Shown here in pieces: positions 1 to 12,700 of a stretch of DNA of 64,000 bases; position 1 is the stretch's first letter, and each line of letters opens with the position of its first letter. The stretch is from Mytilus edulis. Lineage: Eukaryota. A program made the position numbers and the translations under genes. The notes beneath the pieces are model-generated. The model saw nothing but the letters and a program-made list of their open reading frames with translations. It searched no databases and was not told the origin of the DNA. Where the stretch lies: assembly GCF_963676685.1 (NCBI RefSeq), contig NC_092346.1, positions 20,584,001-20,648,000 of the forward strand, read 5' to 3'.

Positions 1-777
1 TCTAAATAAATAATACATTTTCAATCAATGTGGTGTTTGAACAGTGACAAATACCGATTTCTAAGCAAATTTTTCAGAAGGTTTAATCAATTTCATATAA
101 CTTTGCTTAAACAGAAATTGTATGAAGGAGGAGCATATAGGAACTTAAAACAAGTAAAGTTGTAAGCTACTGCTCACATATGCTACACTGCTCTAAGAAA
201 AATATTTGACAGGAAGTTTTTAATAACGCTTGATTTGTAGTTACTGAGAAAATGTGAGGTAATTTCATGCAAGGGACGGACTGACAAAGGTACAATGGTA
301 TACGTACCCCCATCCTAAAGAGCAGGGGTATAATAATTTGTAGGTGATAGTATCTTGCATAAAATATCTTGGAATTTTGTGGTAGTTGTGTTTTAGAAAC
401 CTCCAATCCCCCTAATTTCATTTCAGTCATGCATTAAGTTAAGAAATGGTGCAACATATTCTTAGTGTTTGAAACTACTTAATTCTGTGGTTTATTTATA
501 TCTTAATTCTGTGGTTTATTTATATCCTTGTGATAAAGTAAACAAATAACAAATAGATTTTTTAGTTAACCATGTTATTTGTGGTTTATTGCCACAAAAA
601 TGTAAAACAAATAATAACTAGTGCAATACCAGTGCACACGAACCCAGAGTAATCCTTCAAAACCAACAGGTATGCTGTTATCTTCTAAAATCATCATGTA
701 CTGTGTAACATCAAATCATTTATGATGAAACTCTATTTATAATAATGAATGACAGCTCAATTGAAAAGAAATATTAC

Positions 778-3700
778 CTTAATAACTTCTGTTTTTAGTT
801 CTAATATCTTTGCATCTTTTTCATTCAGTAGTCTTTGTAAAGAAGATAGATTTGTGGTATCTAAAATTTCGTCTGACTTCTTTTCTATTGTTTTTGGATC
901 TTTACCCTGCAACAAAAGGAAACAATACATCAAAAACCCAACTTATAAAGGCTCATCATTCAGCGTTATTTTACATCACTGCACCCTGACCATATTCAAA
1001 CAGGGTTATAAAGGAACAATGTTACCAACTATGCACTTAAGAATCCTTTCAATGTACATGTATATCACATGATTTCTACATTTTACAACACAATGTAGTT
1101 CATATGTAACTTGAATATAGGGTTAATCAGAAAATGACAGAATGACTTTTCAAAATTTTCAACAATGACAATGTCTTTAAATACAGTTCTTTTGTTGATA
1201 AAACACTCTTCAAGTCTGAACTTATGACATACTGAAATATTACATTATCACGGTCGTGGACTCTCTTTTTCAAATAAAGTTTGTTTGTATATGTCTTCCC
1301 TTACCTTTATTTGTTGTTTAAGTGTTTCATTTTCTTTTTCTAATCTTGTTCTAAGTTGTTTTTCCATTTGTTCTCTTTTGGAACAAGCTGCTTGTAATGA
1401 GGAGAATGCCTTTTGTAAGTTTTCTAATCTCTCCATCTGTACTTGTTTTTTACAGCACTACAATAGACAGAAGCTATTACTTATGTTTCAAATACAAGAA
1501 CTAGATAAAACACAAAATCAAATGTTTTAACAAGTTTTTGGATAATCCTTCAGTTTTAGGATAATCCTTCAGTTTTAGGATAATCCTTCAGTTTTAGGAT
1601 AATTTTCTTCAGTTTTTGGATAATCCTTCAGTTTTAGTTTGTTAAAACAATGGTACTGTATAAGCATAAGGGATTCTATAATTGCTACAAATGTATGTGA
1701 TAAATATAAAAAAACTATATTTGCAATAACTGCAGAGAACATGTCTACTTATAAACTAGAGTATAACAAAGGTTTTTTCTCTGTTTATTATAAATATTTT
1801 ATTTTTGAACCCTTACTCAACCTTTCTTCATTTCTATGTAATCTAATCATACATAAGAAAGCATACATTTGATAAAGGATGTTATCATATAAAAAAAAAG
1901 TTGGCTATTAACATAGATATAGGAAGATGTGGTATGAGTGCCAATAAGACAACTCTCCATCCAAGTCACAATTTATAAAAGTAAACCATTATAGGTCAAG
2001 GTATGGTCTTCAACACGGAGCCTAGGTTATTTTTTGTCCTTTACCTCTTTTTCCAAATGAACAACATTTGCTTGTGCATTAGTTAAAGCATCATCTAAAA
2101 TGCCATTTTTGTCTTTCCATTCTGTAACTTCTCCTTTCAGAGATACTATTTCCATTTCATAGTTCTTTTGTGTTGTCTGTACTTCCTTTTCTATTAAAAG
2201 AAAGAGATAAAACACATGTCAAAGATTTATACACTTATGTGTTAACACTGTTCACAATGTAAGTTTTCGTGTATTAGCACAATAGTAATTGATGTAATGT
2301 GTGTAAAACACCATGAAATAAAACAAAAAAATTGTAGCACAGTGGCATTGTGAGAGGAAACTTGTTTTTCAAACCAAATAAAAATTAAAAAAATAAGATT
2401 ACTATTAATTCTACCTTTGTTAATGAGGAAGAATATAGAACTTGCAAATAAATACATACATGTGTTTAGAAAAAAGCAAGCTGCAGAAAAACCTTTCATT
2501 ACATATAAAGTATAATTTGTAACCTAGAGACCCTCACTGCATCGTGCACAAAAACTGTACAGTTGAAAAAAAGATAAACTGCAATATCATCAACCAAACT
2601 TTCAGTATAGATCATTAAATTTTGGCATGCTGCCATCACAATAATGAGCATGTGAAACTTAATCACTTTTATGAATGATCATGAATGCAGGCACTTGAAA
2701 AATATTTCTGCTGAGGGCACGTAACATCCTGTCTGGCAGAGATAAATTTCTACCTGTAGGAAAAATATGTCAACATTTAAATCAGATATGGCTGGATAAT
2801 ATCTACCAAATACACGTGCAACTTCTCTTCCGAAATCTACTCTTCTCTTTTAACTCAGACTTTTTGTAACCTTCTAATGATATTTATTTTAAAAACATCT
2901 ATCATGTTGATTATTCAACTACTTTACGTACCTGATTTCCCATCTAAAGACGTGTCTGATGCAACTTTTTCTGAAAAAAAAAAAAAAAAAAAATTTAGAT
3001 ATAAAGCTAATTCATTTCTCAAATTTACATCATAAAATACATAATTCAGTTTGATTTTCTTCAGATTTCTTTTGATTTATGACTATTGCAATCTGACATT
3101 TCTTTTTAGTATTAATTTTTTACTCTACCCTTTCTCTACAGCTACATTTTGCCTAAAGAATTAACAATATACATGTAGCATATTTTACTTTTCATGATAA
3201 GTTGATTTTTTTATGACATATTTTGAAATGTAAGCATTTAATAATTTGCACATACATTAAAGTAAATGTATATGTCTTATACATGTATATATATATATAC
3301 CTTGTAACTGTTTATTGGACAAGTACAATTTCTTAATTTCTTCTTCATATCGTTTCTTCCTCATATTTTCTAATTTCTCTCTTTTTCTTGAAGACTGGAC
3401 TAAGGATTCATAATCTTCATGAACTTTCTTAATTTCTAATTCAAACTGCAAGTATAAGGAAAGAAATAATCAAAATCAAAATGGTCTAGCAGATTTGTAT
3501 TTTGTTGAAAATTCAAGTTTGTGGTTCAGTTAACCTTTATAACCTTCCCATGAAATAAATGAAAATTAATTTCCAACAAATAATAATGAATACCCGATTC
3601 TTTTTATAAATCATATACATGTATGAATAAAAGGAGATGTTGTTTACATGAATATGTCAAGCAAAGGGCAACCAAATGTGAAGCACCAAAAACTTAAAGA

Positions 3701-6700
3701 AGCTATGTTCACTAAGAGTTATCTCCCTTCCAGTCAAATATTTGTGTATTTACTTTGTTCACCATAAGAAATATTTATAAATTCTAACTAGTTTATCATA
3801 GCTTTGAAATATATATATATTTAAACGTCAATATCTAATTTTAAATATACATACCTTTTGTAATATGGCAACTTTTCTATGGTAATTGTTCAAGTCCTCT
3901 CGAAGTTTCTTATTTTCATCAGTTAAAATATTTAACATTTTTCCTGTACTTGCTGTTAAAACACTGCAATCATCCATTTCTGGTAGTAGCACATTTTGAA
4001 CTGGTAATCTGAAATTACATCAAAATGATAATAATATTTATTTTTTGTAAGATTTTAATATTTTATATAAACTAGATTCCTTGCTGTTCTGTCATTCTGT
4101 GTGACCCAAGGCTCTGTGTTTATTAGGCCATACTTTCCCCTACAATGTATACTTGTTTTCTTTTTACACATGTGACTGGGATGGAAAGTTGTCTCATTGG
4201 CACTCATTTCACATCTTTTTATTTCTATCTATATGACTACATGTACTTGGTTTGATATACATGATATATAATTTTTATCCTTTACAGTTGCAAATTTTCT
4301 TTGTAAAGCCTTGAATTGAACTACAAAGCAATAAAATAAAAACACAATCTAGGTTTATTGTAACTTTAAGCAGCATGTATTTCATGTATCCTTGACTCCA
4401 TTTTTTTTAAAACTTTTTAAAGTCATTAGTGTCTAAATGTGCTTCCACATTCTGCTTTTAAATAATTGTCTGAGCTTCATATTTTGTTTCATTCACAGGA
4501 AATAATATTTTTAATGTAAATAATCATATTTTTGACTCAGCATGGTTACCAAATTTTAAGTTTCCTCTCTCACTTTAAAATTCCTTATTGATTAATGTAC
4601 ATGTAGTTTAAAATGCTACAGTCATATTTTACATGTACATGTATTCTCTATGATTTTTTTTTTAACTTTTTTTAAAATATGTTTTCTGTTTCTTTAATGA
4701 AAAACAATTTAAGACTTATCTCATTTAAAATAATTAAACAAAATCCGAAAGTTAACTGGATGAACAATATTGTACCTTGTTCCAAAGTTTGTGTGATCGC
4801 GTTCAACACTTAATAAATGTCCACTTCCATGGTGACTTTGTTTATTATGTGCTTCCATGTATCGAGACAGATCTGGCTGCGATCGACATGTTGTCATGTC
4901 TGTTCTTTCGACAGTTTCATAAGACCTTCGGAGTTCATTAGCTTTAGTACCAGGGTACTCCGGTGGAGGAGGTAAAGTTGTAAAATAACTCGACTGAAGC
5001 TGATTAGGAGAATGTTCAATATTCCAGCTAGGACTAGAATAAATAGGAGCGTTCGAAAAAGTCGTCACATTTTCACTACTAACTGATGAATTTTTAATTC
5101 CCGTACAAATTCCACTAAATGTACTTGGATTTGTTTGCCATTGTGAAACTGAACACGACGGACAGTTCAGATATCCGTTAGGATCTGTGGGGTAAGGAAT
5201 ACAGTGTTGTGGATGTCCTGACATATTATAATATGGCTGATTTGTAGAAGGAATAAAGTCCATTGCAGTTTTTGGCATTCCAAGTCTTTCTAATATACTA
5301 TAACCCATCTCACTAAACTCCGGCTGATGGTAATTTTGTTGGGTCGGTGTGTGAGTTTCCTCCCCTTGCGGTTCCTGTCTTTGTGTTGTTGATAAGTTTT
5401 CCATAGAAGACACAGATACATCTGTACTAGTTTCACTTCCTGAAAAACTTTGTCTCAAACCTGAAACACACAATATATGCACTGCTGTTATAATATTCCC
5501 TAAATAAAACACTAAGTTATAATAAGACCACCTCTATGAATTACATAATTAAATCAAGAATGCTTAAAACACGTAGTTATATACTCTTCTAAAGATAGAC
5601 AACAAAAAACAAAGAGATTGATAATAATCTTAAAAAGCTTCGCTCATCTTACGAAATTTGAGAAATTTCATACATCAGTAATTCAAGCAACATTCATAAT
5701 GATCTATTTAAAGATTACATATATACACCGAATATACTGATTAATATTTGTGTCAAGGTGAATTACACATGCTTGTTACATGTCTGCAGATCTCAAATTT
5801 AAGATGAAAAAACATGATTACCAACTTCCAGCTTTTAACACATAATTAATTTGTATCTTATTAAAATAACGCACCTGATTGTTGGGTATACATTTGTTTC
5901 GAATGTCCCGGGTAAGGAGGAGGGTCCCTGTATTGTGTCTGTTGCTGCATGGTTCTAGGTTCTTGTTCTGTGTATATATAATCTCCTCTCAACATATCTC
6001 CTTTGGCTAATTCTACAAACAAACAAACAGTTTAAACATGTGTGTATTTAAAAACCATGTCATGTGATTGACAAAACATAACAATTTAAATCTTTTAGTG
6101 ATTATATTTTGTCAATTGAAGTGTGAAATTCTATCATAATTAGTAACATAGTAATTGGCTAGGTCATAAATCTGTAATGAATTTCATAAGTGATTGAATT
6201 TTTTGGCTGTGTTTCAATCTCTAATAAATATGTATGAATCATACAAGAAAATATTTATTGCTTGGAATGTTTAGATTATATAAGCCTGTTGTGTCTGTTA
6301 TCCTAATGAACATCAACCCATCTTGGCATATTTCTGTTTCATGAAGAGAAATGATGCCTTCATGAAAACCATTTATTAATTTAATGAGTTTCAAATGCAT
6401 TTTTCTTGTCATTAAAAATATAACTTTATTTCATTTCAGGAAGAACATGAAATATTACAAAAATATTTTAAAAGTTACAAGCAAAAACAGGAAAACACTT
6501 ATCTCTTATGTTATCTGCTCATGTTAGTTGTTAATTTCTTATTCTTATCAAAATACATTTTATATGCTGACAGTTCTAAAATATTTGTAATATTTTTTTC
6601 CCACACTGCCTTCAACAAATTGAAAAAGGGAGAGACAGTGACCCCTAAGCAGGATAAGTACAAAGTTTTCCCTCCGCCATTATTGAAACCAGGTCAATCA

Positions 6701-9700
6701 CTATCAGCCATTTAACATAATTATATCTCTTCGAAAATTTTCTTTCAAATTCTAAGGATTAGTATGTATATAATGAACTTTATTTTTTTTAGCTGTTTGA
6801 TAGAATAACCCATACTACTCCTACAACATTATGAAATTATGAATGTACATATCATACATTTACAGTATAAATAAATTAACAGTCAAAAATATGGCCTGTA
6901 TAACCATTAATTGGTTCGAATTCTGTCAAATAATTTTGATTTTGAAAATTGGTTTGATTCTACATAAAGGAGTAGGTTCAGTAAGACCCCTTTTTGGCCC
7001 CAAAATATAGCAGTTTTAGAAAATTGTGAAAATGTAATCTTTAAGCTATATTTTGGAAAGTAAAATGCTTCTGCTACATAGATATGAGCTGTTTTTGAAA
7101 CTACAATGCACACATATCGCGTTCTAGCATCATTAAGTCATGCTAAATTACTGAAATCTTCAAAATTTTAGCATTTTGGTTAATTTTTAGACGGTTTCCG
7201 TCTAAAATGAAAGTGGCCGCATTCGTGTTCATTCATGATATTGAAATGTAAGTTGTATTTGATGATAATACAAAACATATATAAAGGTTGAGGATGAACA
7301 CGGATGTGGCCACTTTCATTTTTGACAAAAACCATCTGAAAAGTGACGTTTTTTGGCATATTTGATAGATTTTTCATATTTAAGCTTGAATCAGAGCATT
7401 TTTAATGACTAGATCAGTTAAAATTTTTCACATAAACTAATCGAATCAATTGAAATAGACACTTAAGTGTTTAAAAAGTGTCCAAAAACTTGCGTTAGAT
7501 GAACCTGAAATTTGAGGCCAAAATCGGCCCTTACCGGACCTCCTCCTTTCTAAATTATAATATTACAAGTTTAAAGGGAAATTCCGCGATTTTTTACTTA
7601 TCATCTAATTATGTTCATCTTAACATAAAAAACACATTTGCAAAGTTTTAAATTCATATTCCTTCTAATAACGGAGAAAATCAAATATTTGTAACTTTTT
7701 TGGTTGAATTCTCGAGTGGGTCGTGACGTATTAGCCCGATTTATTGAATTCTGGGAAAAAATAAAATCTGTTTAACTCTTATAGCTTATCGACAATATAC
7801 GTAATTAAAAGCGCACAGCTGACGAATGGTCGAAGTTATAAACCACAATATAAGAATGAACGAAAGTGAATATGCATATATATACCGTTTTGTATTGATT
7901 GAATTAAACTCCTATAAATTATCTCTAGTAAATGTTTTTGAATAAATTTAATTAATTATTGTTGAGATTTTTTTCATAAAATATTTATTGAACATTTTTA
8001 CTGATATTGAACTGAAAATATTTCAGTTCTATTTACCGTTATTGTTTTGATAATCATTTCAATGCAACTAATGTGTGAGCAGAGTGTGTATATTATTTTG
8101 TAAAGGTCACTGTATATTTCTCGGCTTGAGGTCAATTCGTTTACCTTGTAGCTATTTAGCCGCAGGTGTGAGTTCAAGCGTACACAGGTATAAATGTTGT
8201 TATTTGGAAAGGATAAATAGAAAGGATTAGAGTATATGCTGTCATGATGTTAATACACTAAGATTAAATACACGATGAGAATAAAGATACAATAATTAAA
8301 TTGTGTAAATTAATTGAAAATAAAATTCAGATTCGTAATTCCGAAAGTGTATAAAAATAAAAGGAAACAATTTTTGATTACTTTCTTAGCGGCAATTGGC
8401 GTAAAGATTCAAATATGAAGCAAAAAATAGTAGTTTTAATCTTTAATAAAAACTAAATGCAATATTACCCAATTTGATATACCATTGTACATCTGTTTGA
8501 TATCATTGACTTTACCGGAATTTCGTAACTTGTATTCAAATCTGGCTGTGTTTAAATGCTAATAAAACTATTGCAATTTTAAAGTTTTTAATTGACAAAA
8601 AAATACAACATACAACATGCATATTTTTTTTTTAGTTTCTTTTTAACATTTTATTCTTACATGATTAAATTCATTTGACAATCATTTACACGAACTTTTT
8701 GTGAAAAGAATACTAATTATCTAAGCTAAGGCATTATATCTTTTGAGGATTTTTGAGGATTTTTTTTAAAATTCTATGATAATAGTTGTGCAATGTTGAA
8801 CATGATAGCCGTCATTAATCCAAATAAGTAATACAGTAGTTGTAATAAAAGTTATACTTTAGTCATGCATTACAGATATTGACGAATTTATAATAGTTAG
8901 TTCATACATCGTTGTTCATGAAACAATCATTATTAGTATACATGTAAGTTTCCTGACGTATAAGAGCCATTGAGGATGAGCTCCAGAGAAATCAGACTAG
9001 TTGCGTTTCGTTCGTTTGTTTGTTTGTTGGGAAAGGAGAGGAAATGCAACCGCTTGTACAGATAAACGACAGAATTACCATACAAGCATTTATAGTCAAC
9101 ACAATCAGAAAGAGTTCCCATCGTTAGACGGGGAATATGAAGGCTTCCAAGAATGAACAAGTGACATGTCTAAGTCTGAACAGTTAGAGAACAGACTATC
9201 GACATCGAACGCTTGTTCTTGATATTTGAAACTGTATGCATATATATACGTATACGTTTATGATATAGTGATGAGTTCTGACAAAAACTAAATTCCTTCA
9301 TGGTTATATCTTGCCATACGTTTATATTGGTTTGTAAGGTGATTACTCAAAATCGTTATTTGAAAATCCTGTTTGTGAGATGTTACACAGTAGATTCATT
9401 TCAATACAGAAATTTCGTCTATATATTTCACAAGTGTATAACACGGAGAAGCTCTGAAGGTTCATTACTCCCATTTTGTTTGGGTGTGAACCATCGATGT
9501 TTACAGCAATATCAAGGAATAAGGTGATGATGGTAGAAAGAACTATGGGCGTCATGTGGCAAATATTACATGCATATCGGACAATGAGTTGTCAATCTGT
9601 ATGAAAAGTTTTCCAATACAACCATATTATTGAGAAGGAATGTTTACATGCTATACTCTCGTACTAGTATTACAGGGTTCTTGTGGCGTTCACCTTAGAC

Positions 9701-12700
9701 ACACATCGTTTTAACGATGTTTAAAAAAAGACAGAACCAATTTAATGTCATATTTCCCTATTTTTTAAATATAACTAAAATTCTTTTATCTGACAAGAAT
9801 ATCCCTATTTAGCGAACAAGTAATTTATTCTTTTTTCGGTTATTGAATACCAAGAAAGAAAATAAATCCCGAAATTAATTTGAAACTTTGATACTCAAAA
9901 GTTTCCCAGCAAAATATTCACATCCCCTGGGGATAATTAGTGTTCGTCCAGTGGCATATATAACAATTGTGATGACGAATTCCTTCCTTTGTTTGAGAAC
10001 AATCTTATTGAAATATAAATCTGTGATTTTCCTAGGTCCACAGCTTCAATGAACCAAAGCAAAAGTTATACATCGACCTGTATTTAAATCAAATTGGTTC
10101 TCTTCTTCTTTTGGTATACAACTGTAGTCTATCGACATTCGATGATTACATACTGTTGGCATACGTTGGCTAGTCTATTTACAACACTTTTACCCCTATT
10201 TATTCAAAATATATGTTTTTTTCTTATGTTCAATGTATACACGTATATATTTTAAATTGCGCTATAGTTCCGTAACTTTATATCCAGTCGTATAAACGAA
10301 TCGTCGGCAAGTGCGTACATTTTTTTAAATCAATATTTCTGGTCTGTTCCAATCTGTCCTTCACTATTGACAATGACTATATATTACATTTTCCCAAATT
10401 CACCCTTGGAAAAAATATTTAAATAGATTTTAATTTCATCAACTCTTATTTTTTGGGTATTATTTATATATTATGAATTATATTCTTTACACCAGAAATG
10501 TTATTTATAAACAAGCGTATGAGTTTAGTAATGACAAGTAAGACAGAGTTGTATATTATACATCTGATAGTTCAAAATGGAAAGTTATAAGTTATAAGTT
10601 ATCAGCCGTGTACACTGATCAATACCTGCAGAAGTGAAACGATGCATGAACTTGCAAGCCCGACAGGAAATCGCTTGAATACCTGGACGTGTCACCTCAC
10701 ACCCCTCACAATACCTTTGGAAGTAATACCTTTAGCCATGCTGGTGATCAGATAAGGGAAGATCAAAATATATTTGAAAAAAGTTTATTACTTTAAAGAA
10801 TTATGAACAAATTAGATTTTCGAAAACAATTTTCACGGAACACTTATTTATGATTTCAACTTTGACTTTTCACCTAATTCCAATATCAATAGTTTAAAAA
10901 CAACAGACCATGGTTATTTAAAAAAAGTAAGAATATTTTCCGTATCAAGTTAGTTAGTCGTATTAAACAACCGTACGATTGACAAGATATCGACACGCAA
11001 TTACGACTACATCGGTTACTGTAGTTTTGTTTCTTTGTGGTTTATAGACATATCGTTTTTATTCATCGGGAAAGAAGACAAGATGGCGGATCTCGGAGAA
11101 TTGATACTCTAAATTTAAAATCGATGGTGATCGCTTATCTAGCGGAATAAAACTTTAATATCTATGAATTTGAACATTTTTATACAGAATGAACATAATA
11201 TCAATTTTTGATTTTTTTGCGAAGTTTCCCTTTAAGGAATGTACACTGTAGAAAATGCAGTTTTATACATTAATAACATTTAGATATTTTGTTTATACCA
11301 CCATGACTGCATATGTACATGACCCACCATTACAAATTACCATGGTATGCCAACATTTTAAAAGGTGGAAAGGTTTCAATTGCAAAATAATACATTGTAG
11401 TCAACAATACTAAATCCGAGCGTATATTTTAACTAGAAGCAAAAATGGTGAACCAAAATTTTTTAAAACATATAAATCTTAATAAAAAAATGCATAAAAT
11501 TTTCAAATAGGTCAATTTTTAAGGGCATTTGAATTTTCATTTCTTTTTTCAATTATTACATTGGGGAAATAAAAATGACACCAGCCACAATCAATTAATC
11601 TGTAACTACTGTATTTCCTTCTTTTTGTTCAGGGTTACTAGCAATAGAACAAACAAAAAGTTTACAAGACTTAATATTTTGAAACAATCCCCCAAATGAA
11701 TATGTTGGAAGTAAAGGGCCTACCCCCCTTTTTGATTGAAATAAATATCAATTATTAGCATAAAAATGTTCAATTTATTTCTCACCTAACTGGTATTTCT
11801 TCACTTTTATGGCATTACACCATTTAATGTTAAGATATATATATATATATATACAATATTGTATAATATAAGCCATCATCCTTTAGAGATCTATGTATAT
11901 GTGTGGAGAAAAAAATGTGGACAAGCAACCCAATGAAAAAAATATTCAAGACATCATTATCTCTTTCTTGATAATTGTATTTAAAAAAAAGTCATCATAA
12001 CATCACCCTGGTACATATTCATTTACATAGCATTTTGCTTAAATTTCAACATTCTTCATTTTATAAGCCACTCATCTCAACTTAAACTGGATAATTATTC
12101 ATTTACAGTTTTCATTTATCAAAGAAATGCATATTTATATATACCCCAAGGTTTTTTTTTTTACAAATATATCTTCATTACACAAAACAATAATTTATAA
12201 AATAGGTATCAACATGAATTTAATGGTTTTATACATTTATGGCACAACAACATGATTCAGATACCAAATTAAAAAGAATGGAGATACAGAACACTTTCTA
12301 TTGTTTTACTTAAAGATTGCCACTAACAGGATTGGGTCAACACACCAAATGGGGAACTTTTCACCGACTCATACTTTTCAGTAAATCAGGTTAGGGCTTA
12401 GTATTCATTATCTCCAGTCATTCATCTTTTTAAAAATTTGCTGCATTTTTATTATTAAATATGTCAAAAAGTTTATATAAAAAAAATCAGTTAAAAAAAA
12501 TGATTTTAGCAGTATCAAATGATTACTCATTTGAGGGATTGTGACTTCTTTGGGGAATAGTTCCCGAGTTGATTGGTTGTACCCTCCGTTGTACCCAACC
12601 TGACTAATTTGGGGAAATACGCATTTTCGTGTATGTACACATTTTTATAATATAAAATGAACCAGTCCTGTTAATTGGGAACACTTTCAAAGAAAGCAAG

